Source of the DNA: Trueperaceae bacterium
Lineage (GTDB): Bacteria; Deinococcota; Deinococci; Deinococcales; Trueperaceae
Length of the DNA: 64,000 nucleotides
Reading direction: 5' to 3'
Assembly (NCBI GenBank): GCA_965213925.1
Contig: OZ243927.1
Coordinates: 320,001-384,000 of the forward strand
Position numbers and translations under genes: made by a program. The notes under the pieces were generated by a model. It did no database searches. It was not told where the DNA came from and worked only from the letters and a program-made list of their open reading frames with translations. Within the stretch, counting starts at the first letter, position 1. Every line of letters starts with the position of its first letter. This document shows positions 49,244 to 58,502 of this stretch, piece after piece.

Positions 49244-49672
49244 TCACTTTGCGCCAGTTTCTACCTCGAAAAGCGAATCCGCCAGGTCGAAAAGCCGCTC
49301 CTTGGTAAACGGGCGCTTGCCCTCGGTGAGCGCGCCCTTGCTCGGTGCAAACGTGAGCTTGCGGTAGGTGTGCGACTCGAACGGATGTACGATGACCTCT
49401 TTGAACACCGTGTGGCGCGGGCTCGCGTTCACCATCAGCACAGGATGTCCGTCGGGGCGCGACAAGCTCGCGCTCATGATCGTCGTGGGCAAGTCGTAAG
49501 CACGCTCCATGCGGTAGATGTAGTCGGGAAAGTCCGCCTCTTTTTCGAAGATGGCTTCGTCGCGGCTGTCGGCGTATTCTCGCATCCACGTCAGAACCTC
49601 TTGCCACGCCTCGTAAAACGCCCGGTCGCGCTCGGTTTTCTTGTCGGTCTTCGCGTCGGTCTTCTGGGTCAT
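49244..49672 (-). CDS. nqo15: NADH-quinone oxidoreductase subunit 15 (frataxin-like)
   Basis: YEAW..VL.WMREYA..FEKEADFPDYIYRMER.YDLPTTIMSASLS matches Thermus Nqo15 as recalled. Confidence 0.92.
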   Translation of the reverse strand: MTQKTDAKTDKKTERDRAFYEAWQEVLTWMREYADSRDEAIFEKEADFPDYIYRMERAYDLPTTIMSASLSRPDGHPVLMVNASPRHTVFKEVIVHPFESHTYRKLTFAPSKGALTEGKRPFTKERLFDLADSLFEVETGAK

Positions 49673-49796
49673 AAGGTTAGTGTACCCCTAGTTGGACCCG
49701 TCGCGATATTCTCGGCACCGAAAGCGCAGATTGTAAGGAAGTCTTTATTGCCTACCGCTGCCGTACGTCTACACTAACCCCTGAAAGGGGCAAATC

Positions 49797-49946
49797 ATGA
49801 AAAAGGTATTCCCACTTTTACTTGTTTTAGTGCTCGGCTTAGCAGCCTGTGAGGGCGGCGAAGGTGAGGAGGAAAGCGAAGACGAAGGCAACGCGCCTCA
49901 GACGCAGAGTTACGCGGCTGCGCCTGCGCCCTTCGACTTTCTCTAA
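49797..49946 (+). CDS. 49-aa lipoprotein (absent from the ORF track)
   Basis: MKKVFPLLLVLVLGLAACEGGEGEEESEDEG..PFDFL*; AAGGGG RBS; LAAC lipobox. Confidence 0.7.
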   Translation: MKKVFPLLLVLVLGLAACEGGEGEEESEDEGNAPQTQSYAAAPAPFDFL

Positions 49947-50007
49947 ACTTAGCGAGCGCAGCTTAGCGGCTGCGCTTCTCTTCGGCGTACGTTGTAGAAT
50001 AATCCCT

Positions 50008-50151
50008 ATGAAACGAACCAGACGCATTCTCTCGCTTCTCTTACTCCTCTCTACGCTCGCGCTCGTCGCCTGCGACGACCCTTATGACCGCATCCAGGGC
50101 GAGCCCGGCGAAGACGGCACGCAAGACGTAAGTAGCGAGTCCGATCACTAA
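50008..50151 (+). CDS. 47-aa lipoprotein
   Basis: MKRTRRILSLLLLLSTLALVACDDPYDRIQGEPG..; TAGAAT 7 nt before the ATG. Confidence 0.7.
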   Translation: MKRTRRILSLLLLLSTLALVACDDPYDRIQGEPGEDGTQDVSSESDH

Positions 50152-50156
50152 ACCTT

Positions 50157-50403
50157 TAGCAGGTTACTTCGTAAGCTTCGCGCAATCAAAGTCTGTCTCA
50201 CTGCGTTCGGTTCACGTTAGTACTCGCATTTGGCGGAGCCAAAACTCACGTAAAACGGTGGTGGTCAGCTAAACGCTCACTAAAGGAACTATCGTTTCCT
50301 AACGGAAAACTTCGTAATTAGCACGTACTTTAAGTGACGAAGTTCCGTTACGGCAAAGCTGTGAAATCTGCGGAGAAGTAGTGCAATGATAAATGGAACT
50401 GCC
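50157..50403. repeat. TAGCAG MITE-like repeat copy (reverse orientation)
   Basis: agttccgttacggcaaagctgtgaaatctgcggagaag is the reverse complement of the 45521-45561 block; ends tagcagg and ggaactgc. Confidence 0.85.
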
Positions 50404-50424
50404 TATTAGACTCGTCCGCCCCGG

Positions 50425-51093
50425 CTACACGCTGGGGCTTTCTAGTTGCGCCCCCAATGATTCCCTAAGCTCGAAGAGGTCAGCAACCCGTGGGACGTTC
50501 GCCTCCTCTGCACCGATGTAAACCGCCTTTATGCCAACCTCGAGCGCACCTCTAATGTCAGCTCCTAAATTGTCCCCGACCATCAGCGTCTCTTCGGGTA
50601 AAACCTCTAACCGCTCACACGCGAGCCGAAGAATGCGCGCGTCGGGTTTGCGTACCGCGACCTCTTGCGCACCTGAAATGAGGATGGTTCGGAAATAGTC
50701 GGCAATCTCGACCTCTTGGATGGCGGCGCGCTGCATGTCTTCGGGACCGTTGGTAATGAGGGCGCAGGAGACACGCCCTTTGAAAAACTCCAGCATCTCT
50801 CTTGCCCCCGGCAACAATTCCATCTGCTCCTTATAAGCTTGAACGAATTCCGTGTTGACCTCTTCTAAATTGCAATCAGCGTGCAAGCCTAAGCGCCCTA
50901 GTGTCTCAATAAGCGCACTCAAAGAGGTCACTGCGCCATCTTTACGAAGCTGCTGGGTATACTCGGTGAGAACAGCGTCACGTTTTTGAGGGTCTAAACC
51001 TAATTTGGCAAATCCCTCATTCAAAAGATCGTCAAAATCCCCGGTGAAGTGCGCTAAGGTTCCGTCGAAGTCGAAGCAAATAGCACGAATCAC
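50425..51093 (-). CDS. HAD family hydrolase (YjjG/HAD-IA-like)
   Basis: FDFDGTL, LITNG, KPD, VGDNLGADI. Confidence 0.9.
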   Translation of the reverse strand: MIRAICFDFDGTLAHFTGDFDDLLNEGFAKLGLDPQKRDAVLTEYTQQLRKDGAVTSLSALIETLGRLGLHADCNLEEVNTEFVQAYKEQMELLPGAREMLEFFKGRVSCALITNGPEDMQRAAIQEVEIADYFRTILISGAQEVAVRKPDARILRLACERLEVLPEETLMVGDNLGADIRGALEVGIKAVYIGAEEANVPRVADLFELRESLGAQLESPSV

Positions 51094-51104
51094 AAAGAGG
51101 TCAT

Positions 51105-51644
51105 TTAGAGCATGAGGAGGGTGGAGACGGGGGGCTCGAGCCCCGGCAACATCTTGACTTGAATCACATCATCTGCCTTGTAAACCTTGTGCTCGCCCTC
51201 ATCCCACACGTGAATCATCTCCGCGTCTAGGTCGATAATCCAGTAAAGAGGTACGCCGTACTTCTGGTAGAGCTTGCGTTTGACCGTGAAGTCACGTTGG
51301 CGAGTGGAGGGTGAGGTCACTTCAATGAGCCAGTCCGGTGCGCCTTCAATACCCCGTTTGCTGACGAGAGAAGATTTTTCTTTAGAGAGGTAGATGAGGT
51401 CAGGCTCAGCAATATCGTCGTCTTTTTCGGAGAAAACAACATCTACAGGCGCGACAAACACCTCGCCTAGAGGATTCTCCCGCAAGAAGTCATTGATGAG
51501 CACGAGTAGGTTAGCGACGATACGTTGATGTCGAATGTTAGGGGCTGGTGTCACGTAGACCTCTCCATCAATCAACTCCCGCCGCTTGTTGTCATCGGGA
51601 AAATGTTGCAAATCTTCGTAGGTAAAGCGCACCGCTTGGGTCAT
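51105..51644 (-). CDS. Uma2 family endonuclease
   Basis: RELIDG, P..RHQ, EPDL, GAPDWLIEV.SPST, YGVPLYWIID. Confidence 0.9.
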   Translation of the reverse strand: MTQAVRFTYEDLQHFPDDNKRRELIDGEVYVTPAPNIRHQRIVANLLVLINDFLRENPLGEVFVAPVDVVFSEKDDDIAEPDLIYLSKEKSSLVSKRGIEGAPDWLIEVTSPSTRQRDFTVKRKLYQKYGVPLYWIIDLDAEMIHVWDEGEHKVYKADDVIQVKMLPGLEPPVSTLLML

Positions 51645-51721
51645 GGGTTATTTTACAGCATTTGTTTTGAGCGCGAATCGTCACCGCGCTTGTATCTAAC
51701 CTCTTGCTAAACTTTGGGTGA

Positions 51722-52153
51722 ATGCTCCTCTTGCTCCTCGCCATTTTCATCTGCACGTTGGCAACTACCATGTTGTCTCTGAAAATATCCAGTGGCTGGT
51801 ATCTATTTGTAACTATCCCATCTCTAATTCTTGGCTCAACACCAAACTTTCTAATCGGCGGACTCTTTGTAGTAGAAAATGCTAGGTTTTTCCTTCTCAC
51901 AGCGTGTTTATTTATCGCACTTGGTACTTACACCTATCAGGACAAAAGGTTTGAGGATGCAGAAAGCAACGTTCGCCAAATTTTCCAGGCTCGCCTATCC
52001 GTAGCGGGCGTGTTGATATTTTTCGGTCTTACTGCGCTACCTTTTCTAACCACTGGCATCGAACTTGGTGTGGCTTACGCATTACTCTACCTCTACATGG
52101 GTGTTCTCGGCGGCGTCTTATTCTGGCGGACCTGGAGCTTACGAAAGACATAG
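51722..52153 (+). CDS. Hypothetical membrane protein (AT-rich)
   Basis: Hydrophobic 143-aa ORF; TAAACT upstream. Confidence 0.55.
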   Translation: MLLLLLAIFICTLATTMLSLKISSGWYLFVTIPSLILGSTPNFLIGGLFVVENARFFLLTACLFIALGTYTYQDKRFEDAESNVRQIFQARLSVAGVLIFFGLTALPFLTTGIELGVAYALLYLYMGVLGGVLFWRTWSLRKT

Positions 52154-52234
52154 TCCGGCAAATAGCGTCTTCATCCTGAACGCACCTCTCCCCACCAGCC
52201 GCCCCACCTCTTTCACAAACGTTATGATGGCTCA

Positions 52235-54526
52235 GTGTCTGATACTGCTCCAAACCCAGAAGCAAGCCTAGTACCGCCAGAAACCCAACCTACAGGCGAA
52301 CATCCCCTCTTAGACGTTCTCAACGAGGAGCAACGCGCCGCCGCCCGCCACTTTCAAGGACCTGCTTTAGTCATCGCGGGCGCAGGCTCGGGTAAGACGC
52401 GCACCGTCGTGCACCGCATCGCCTACTTGATGGAGGCGCATGAGGTCTACCCGACGGAAATCTTGGCGGTAACATTCACCAACAAGGCGGCGGGCGAACT
52501 CAAAGAGCGCGTGGCGCACCTCATGGGACCCGTCGCCAAAGACCTCTGGGTCAGCACCTTTCACTCGGCGTGCTTGCGCATCCTGCGGCACTACGGCGAA
52601 CTGATCGACCTTCAGCCGGGCTTTGCCATCTACGACGACACGGACCAGTTAGAGGTCTTGAAGGAGATTTTGGAGTCGGTGCAGGGGTTGGGGGAGGCGA
52701 ACCCGAGGGTTCTAAGAGCGCTCATCGACCGCGCCAAGTCGAACCTGTGGACGCCGCAGGATTTGGCGCAAGAGGGGGAGCGCTTTTTCGGGGCGATGAT
52801 TTCGGGGATGCCACTAGAGCTGATTGTGGAGGGGTTTGAGCGGTACGGCTCGAGGCTCCGCCGCGCCAACGCCGTGGACTTTAATGACATCTTAGGGCGC
52901 ACGGTGGAGCTGTTCGAGTCTTATCCCGAAGTTTTGGATAAGGTGCAGCAGCGGGCAGTCTTCATCCATGTGGACGAGTATCAGGATACGAACACGGCGC
53001 AGTACCAACTTACGAGACAGTTAGGGTCGAAATATCGCAATTTGATGGCTGTCGGGGACCCCGATCAATCGATTTACGCCTTCCGCGGAGCCGATGTGCG
53101 CAATATTTTGGACTTCCGCAACGACTACGAGGACGCGGAGGTCTACCGCTTAGAACTCAACTACCGCTCCGTGAATAGCGTTTTAGAACTCGCCAACGCC
53201 ATCATCTCGCACAACGAGGGGCGCTTGGAGAAAGACCTCAAGCCTGTTAAAGGCGAGGGTGACAAGGTCAAGCTCTATAGAGCCACCGACCACCGCGCCG
53301 AGGCGGACTTTGTGGCGCGGCAAATCGAGATTTTGCAGGCGGAAAAGGACTTCACGCCGAACGACTTTGCGATTTTGTACCGGATGAATTCACAGTCTAG
53401 GGTTTTGGAGGAAGCGCTACGCCGCGCCAGCATTCCCGCTAAAATCGTCGGCGGCGTGGGCTTTTATGAGCGGCGCGAGGTCAAGGACATTTTGAGTTAT
53501 GCGAGGGCAGCGCTGAATCCTGCCGACGACATCGCCTGGAAGCGCGTCTTAAACCGCCCGAAGCGCGGCATCGGCAAGACGAGCGAGGACAACCTCACGG
53601 CCTGGGCGGCGCGGCGGCGCGAGCGCTTCTCGGACGCGCTTAGAAACGCCGAAGAAATTTTGCGCGGCACGCCTGCGGTGAAGCGCATCGCCGACTTTGT
53701 CGAGCTGATGGACGACCTCAAGGAAGCCGCCGAGACTTTGCCCGCCGCGCAGTTCCTTAAAGCCGTCTTGGACCAATCGAACTACTTGCAATCTCTCAAG
53801 GATGAGAAATCTTTCGAGGCGCAAGGGCGCATCGAGAACTTGGACGAACTTATCAACGCCGTCTCCGAGTGGCAGGAGGAGGCGGGCGGCTCGATTGCTG
53901 AGTTTTTAGACGAAGCCTCTTTAATGGCGAGCGTGGACGACCGCGCGGTCAAGGCGGTCAACAAGGGCGACGTGCCCGAAGAGGCGGTCACGCTCATGAC
54001 GCTGCACAATGCGAAGGGTTTAGAGTTCCCTGTCGTTTTCTTGGTCGGTATGGAAGAGAACCTCATCCCGCACCGCAACTCGACCGGGAGCTTGCAAGAG
54101 ATTGAGGAGGAACGCCGACTTCTGTACGTCGGCATCACCCGCGCGCAAGAGGCGCTTTATTTAGTCAACTGCGAGTCGCGCATGACCTTTGGGCGCACCG
54201 AGTTCAGCCGCCCGAGTCGATTTTTGGAGGACGTGCCTAAGAGTATGCTCCGTGAGATCGACGTGTTGGGGCAAGAATTGCATGACCCCTCGAGGTTAAA
54301 CAAATACAGCCGACCCACCTGGAGCCCGCCTAAAGTTGAGAAGGAGCCGAAGGGCGAAGGGATGAGCTACCGAGGCGGCGAAAAGGTCGCGCATCCCAAG
54401 TTCGGGGAGGGAACGGTCGTGGGCGTTTCGGGTGAGGGTGCACGGGCTGAAATTACGGTATCGTTCAAGAATGCCGGTCTCAAGCGTCTTCTGGTGAAGT
54501 ACGCGAACCTGAGCACGTCGTCTTAA
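52235..54526 (+). CDS. uvrD: ATP-dependent DNA helicase UvrD/PcrA
   Basis: AGAGSGKT, DEYQD, VGDPDQSIY, NYRS, TLHNAKGLEF, EERRLLYVGITRA; C-terminal Tudor-like HPKFGEG. Confidence 0.96.
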   Translation: MSDTAPNPEASLVPPETQPTGEHPLLDVLNEEQRAAARHFQGPALVIAGAGSGKTRTVVHRIAYLMEAHEVYPTEILAVTFTNKAAGELKERVAHLMGPVAKDLWVSTFHSACLRILRHYGELIDLQPGFAIYDDTDQLEVLKEILESVQGLGEANPRVLRALIDRAKSNLWTPQDLAQEGERFFGAMISGMPLELIVEGFERYGSRLRRANAVDFNDILGRTVELFESYPEVLDKVQQRAVFIHVDEYQDTNTAQYQLTRQLGSKYRNLMAVGDPDQSIYAFRGADVRNILDFRNDYEDAEVYRLELNYRSVNSVLELANAIISHNEGRLEKDLKPVKGEGDKVKLYRATDHRAEADFVARQIEILQAEKDFTPNDFAILYRMNSQSRVLEEALRRASIPAKIVGGVGFYERREVKDILSYARAALNPADDIAWKRVLNRPKRGIGKTSEDNLTAWAARRRERFSDALRNAEEILRGTPAVKRIADFVELMDDLKEAAETLPAAQFLKAVLDQSNYLQSLKDEKSFEAQGRIENLDELINAVSEWQEEAGGSIAEFLDEASLMASVDDRAVKAVNKGDVPEEAVTLMTLHNAKGLEFPVVFLVGMEENLIPHRNSTGSLQEIEEERRLLYVGITRAQEALYLVNCESRMTFGRTEFSRPSRFLEDVPKSMLREIDVLGQELHDPSRLNKYSRPTWSPPKVEKEPKGEGMSYRGGEKVAHPKFGEGTVVGVSGEGARAEITVSFKNAGLKRLLVKYANLSTSS

Positions 54527-54680
54527 CATTGACCCCTTGAAGTTGACCCGGAGATACTTGATATACTCCCTTATTGCAACCTAACGTCAACATCTTGACC
54601 GCGCCGCCAACTATGCCGTAGGGCGCGTGAGGCAGGGAAACGCCGGACAAGTAGCACAGAAACAGGTAGGAGGAACATTT

Positions 54681-55496
54681 GTGAACGCCAAAGCAATCGT
54701 CGTAACTTCGGGTAAGGGCGGGGTCGGCAAGACCACCACCACTGCCAACGTGGGGGCTGCGCTCGCGCAGCAAGGGGAAAGGGTCGTCGTCATCGACACC
54801 GACGTAGGGCTTCGCAACTTGGACGTGGTGATGGGCTTAGAGGGGCGCGTCGTCTTCGACCTCATCGACGTGTTCGAAGGGAACTGCAAACTTAAGCAGG
54901 CGCTGATTCGTGATAAGCGCGTCGACAACCTCTACCTCTTGGCGGCGTCGCAAACGCGCGACAAGAGCGCCCTGTCCGAAGAGCATATGAAGAACACGGT
55001 GGACAAGCTCATCGAAGAGGAGGGCTTCGACCGCATCCTCATCGACTCGCCGGCGGGCATCGAGTCGGGCTTTCAGACCGCCGCTTCCGCCGCGCAAGGG
55101 GCGCTCGTCGTGGTCAACCCAGAGGTCTCCTCGGTGCGCGACGCGGACCGCATCATCGGGCTTTTAGAGGCGAAAGAGATCACCGAAGTCAAGTGCATCA
55201 TCAACCGCTTGCGCCCCGACATGGTCAAGCGCGGCGACATGTTGGAAGTGGACGACGTCTTGGAGATTTTAGGCATTAAGCTCATCGGCATCGTCCCCGA
55301 GGACGAGAAGATCATCATTTCGACCAACATCGGCAGCCCGATCAGCCTCAGCGAAGTGAGCAAAAATGGTGCGGGCGACGCTTTTAGGAGCATCGCTAAA
55401 AGGCTGCGCGGCGAAGAGGTGCCGCACGCGGCGCTCGAGAGTAGCGGCGGCTTTATGGCGTATATTCGCCGCCTGTTTGGGGCTAGCAATGTTTAA
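54681..55496 (+). CDS. minD: Septum site-determining ATPase MinD
   Basis: SGKGGVGKTT, D.GLRNLD..MGLE.R, DSPAGIE, C-terminal amphipathic helix; AGGAGG RBS. Confidence 0.96.
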   Translation: MNAKAIVVTSGKGGVGKTTTTANVGAALAQQGERVVVIDTDVGLRNLDVVMGLEGRVVFDLIDVFEGNCKLKQALIRDKRVDNLYLLAASQTRDKSALSEEHMKNTVDKLIEEEGFDRILIDSPAGIESGFQTAASAAQGALVVVNPEVSSVRDADRIIGLLEAKEITEVKCIINRLRPDMVKRGDMLEVDDVLEILGIKLIGIVPEDEKIIISTNIGSPISLSEVSKNGAGDAFRSIAKRLRGEEVPHAALESSGGFMAYIRRLFGASNV

Positions 55497-55746
55497 CGGG
55501 CTGTTCGGCAGAAAAAAGAGCAAGGAGACCGTCAAAGACCGCCTCAAGCTCGTGTTGCAGTACGACCGCGCCAAACTCTCACCGGGCAAGATGGACGAGC
55601 TGAAAGCGGAGTTGGTGCAGGTCATCAGCAAGTACTTCCCGGCGGACGAGAGCGGCTACGACGTGAACATCGACCAGCAAGGGGACCGCATGGTGTTGGT
55701 CGCCAACTTGCCCGCGAAGGGCGGGCAGGAGAGACAAGCTCGGTAG
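55489..55746 (+). CDS. minE: Cell division topological specificity factor MinE
   Basis: SKETVKDRLKLVLQYDR, LVANLP; overlaps minD. Confidence 0.93.
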   Translation: MFNGLFGRKKSKETVKDRLKLVLQYDRAKLSPGKMDELKAELVQVISKYFPADESGYDVNIDQQGDRMVLVANLPAKGGQERQAR

Positions 55747-55912
55747 GCGTTTTTGATTGACGGAGCGTCGCCCTAGCCCCGCCGAGCTTCCCGAACGTCG
55801 CCACCCCTTGCCGAATCCCTTGAAACTCACGCTTTATAGTGTGAGGTCTTCCACCCGCGTGATGTGACCTCTGGTCTATCTTTGTAGGGGACAACCTGAG
55901 AAGAGGTCACTT

Positions 55913-56590
55913 ATGCCCTACACCCTACTCGTCGCTGACCGCGACCCCCGACAGTTTGAGCTTTTCGACCTGATTTTCCACGGGGACGGTTACGTTTTAG
56001 AAACCTTTACAGGCGGCGAGGAGGTGCTCGCCTACTTGCGCGAGCACACGCCCGACGTGGCGATTTTAGAGACCGACTTGCCCTCGGTCGACGGTTTCGA
56101 CCTCTGCCGCAAGATGAAGAGCGTCAAGCGGCTTAGGGAGGTGCCGATCGTCCTTATTACCTCGAGCCACCCGACGCTGAGCGGCGAAGCGAAAGGTCTG
56201 GCGAAGGTGGTCAAAGCGGACCTCATCATCCCTAAGCCTTTGGGCGACAAGAACTTGCGCGAGCGCGTTAAGACCCTCTTGGCAGGGCGCACGCCGCACA
56301 AAGCGGAGGGCGAGCCGGAAGAGCATATATCTCGAAACGAACCTCACGTGGGCGAAGTTACCAAAGAACTTCAAGTCTTGGAAGACGAACGTCAGCGCCT
56401 ACACGCTGCGCTACTACCCACAGACCGGAACCAAGAGCCTAGAGAGATGAAGAAGCTCCGGGCACTCGTTGAACTGCAAGAGGAACAGATCGCGGTATTA
56501 GAGGCGCATCGGCGAGAACTAGAGGCGCGTCTAGTGCGCTGTAAAGAGCAGCACAAAGAACCTTCACGCTTGCGCCGCTGGCTCACCTAG
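55913..56590 (+). CDS. Atypical response regulator receiver with a coiled-coil tail
   Basis: REC fold (PDVAILE.DLP..DGF.LC, PIVLIT, KP); Glu at the phosphoacceptor position. Confidence 0.8.
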   Translation: MPYTLLVADRDPRQFELFDLIFHGDGYVLETFTGGEEVLAYLREHTPDVAILETDLPSVDGFDLCRKMKSVKRLREVPIVLITSSHPTLSGEAKGLAKVVKADLIIPKPLGDKNLRERVKTLLAGRTPHKAEGEPEEHISRNEPHVGEVTKELQVLEDERQRLHAALLPTDRNQEPREMKKLRALVELQEEQIAVLEAHRRELEARLVRCKEQHKEPSRLRRWLT

Positions 56591-56743
56591 TGTGGGTGTA
56601 GGTGATGCCAATAAGACCCTCGGACTACGGACCAAATACACAGCTTTGTCTGCTCCCACAGGAAACTCTTGCCATTCAGCCGATAGATATTTAAGTCCAT
56701 AGCTGGTTAGTAAGGCGCGAAGTGTCTGGTACGCTGCTTCACA

Positions 56744-56876
56744 TAGCAGGTATCATCTGGTTTGAGTGCACGAAGTACGCCGTTAGGCACGCTCACACTG
56801 TAAATAGTACCGTCCAACACGCACATTTTAAGATGATGCCTGCGCTTTTCTGTTTCAGTATGTCGTGGAACTGCTG
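56744..56876. repeat. TAGCAG MITE-like repeat copy
   Basis: tagcaggtatcatctggtttga ... gtggaactgctg. Confidence 0.8.
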
Positions 56877-57117
56877 ACATATCTCAGAACTCGAAGACTC
56901 TATTTTTTGAGGCAGTCGCCGAGTGCACCCTTCGGCGCAAGGTCAGCATCCTCTCTATAGTACAGCCAAGCGACGACTTTTGCTTCTTCCTTGGTTATGT
57001 ACAGAGTGAGCCCAGAAGGTTCTCCATACACATCAACTTTTCTAGCGTAAAGGTCTTCCGCATCTCTTTCATGCAAGCGAATAGCGGTAAAAACCAGTTG
57101 TTCGCAAAGGTCAGCAC

Positions 57118-57219
57118 CTAAATTAGAAGGTAGAGAACGTCCTCAACCTCTTCATCAACATCATGTTTGTAGATATGGGGTAGATCAGTTTCTGAGTCGA
57201 TGTAAAAACGGATATTCAT
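57118..57219 (-). pseudogene. Truncated BrnT/DUF4258-like toxin fragment
   Basis: MNIRFYIDSETDLPHIYKHDVDEEVEDVL then an early stop. Confidence 0.35.
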
Positions 57220-57234
57220 GACGGTCAATAACGA

Positions 57235-58386
57235 TTATACCGCGCTTTCTGGCTCCAAATACCGCTTCGGGTCAAAGAGGTCAATAGGCAGCGGCGTCTC
57301 GCCTCGCAGCGCCAAGTCGCTCATGATTTCCCCCACCACGCTACAAAACTTGTACCCGTGCCCCGAAAAGCCCGCCGCAAAGCTCACGTTGGCGTGCTCG
57401 GGGTGCGTGCCGATGATGAAGTGCTCGTCGGGGCTGTTGGTGAACATGCAGGTCTTCATCATCATCGTCGCGCCGTTCGCTTCGGGGAAGTAGTTCGCTA
57501 CGCAGTCGCGCAAGACCTCTTCATCTGCGGCGTAAACGTTGCGGTCCACCTCGTCGGGGTTCACCTGCTCGTCTAAGTGATGGTAGCGCCCAATTTTGAA
57601 GCCGGGCACGCCGTAGACCGGAAAGCCGTAGTAGCGCCCTTCGTCCACCAAGAGGTTAAAAACGGGGAAGCGCCCCGGTGAGAAGAGGTCGGGCTGATGT
57701 GGCTGAAACCAGCCCAACGCTTGCCGCTCCGCTTGCGCCCGCTTGCCCAATCCCGGAACGAGGTGCGACGCCCACGCGCCCGCCGTGATGACAAGCGAGC
57801 CCGCCTCGTATGTGCCGCGCTCGGTGCGCACGGTGACGTGACCGCTCTTGGCGTCCCAACCTAAGACTTGCTCCCTTGCCCGCACCTCCGCACCTTTTGA
57901 TAACGCCGCCTCGACATGGTTGACGATGCAGCGCTCTGAGAGGAGAAAGCCACCTTCCTCTTGATATAAAGCGTAGTGACCTTTTGGAAGCTGATAGCCG
58001 GGAAAACGGTTGTGGAGTTCGCTGTGGTCTAAGACTTCGTGGGGGATGCCATGCTCGAGACACGACTCGTAAGACCCCTTGAAAACCTCATTATCCTCCG
58101 GTCCCGCGTCCACCGAGCCCGTGATGTGTAAAATCTGCTCGCCCGTGTCCGCTTCCAACTCGCGCCAGCGTTCATACGCCCGTTTCATCAGCGGCACGTA
58201 CGAAGGGTCCTCGTAGTACGCCAAGCGGATGATGCGGTTGACGCCGTGCGAGGAGCCTATGTCGTGGGGGATGTCGAAGCGCTCGAGCCCCAACACCCTC
58301 TTCCCACGCTTGGCGAGTTCGTAGACGGTGGCGCTACCCATGCCGCCGATACCGATAACGATGACATCGTAAGGTTGCTGTGACAT
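57235..58386 (-). CDS. solA: N-methyl-L-tryptophan oxidase / monomeric sarcosine oxidase family
   Basis: GIGGMGS, GSSHG.NRIIRLAY, flavinylation Cys in KTCMFT, GFSGHGYKF. Confidence 0.9.
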   Translation of the reverse strand: MSQQPYDVIVIGIGGMGSATVYELAKRGKRVLGLERFDIPHDIGSSHGVNRIIRLAYYEDPSYVPLMKRAYERWRELEADTGEQILHITGSVDAGPEDNEVFKGSYESCLEHGIPHEVLDHSELHNRFPGYQLPKGHYALYQEEGGFLLSERCIVNHVEAALSKGAEVRAREQVLGWDAKSGHVTVRTERGTYEAGSLVITAGAWASHLVPGLGKRAQAERQALGWFQPHQPDLFSPGRFPVFNLLVDEGRYYGFPVYGVPGFKIGRYHHLDEQVNPDEVDRNVYAADEEVLRDCVANYFPEANGATMMMKTCMFTNSPDEHFIIGTHPEHANVSFAAGFSGHGYKFCSVVGEIMSDLALRGETPLPIDLFDPKRYLEPESAV

Positions 58387-58502
58387 TACAAATCCCCTCT
58401 CTAAGTCAGTCTTTATTCTACTGAGGAATACATAATAGAGAAGGGAGAATACAGAAGTTCGAGTTTTTCTCCGTTCTGTATTCTCCCTTCGACTCTCTTA
58501 AC

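Noticed and set aside
52154..52234. RDRM/DdrO box upstream of uvrD
   Set aside because: No convincing 17-bp palindrome by eye
54681..55746. minDE without minC as a novelty
   Set aside because: minC is often unlinked and may lie outside the window
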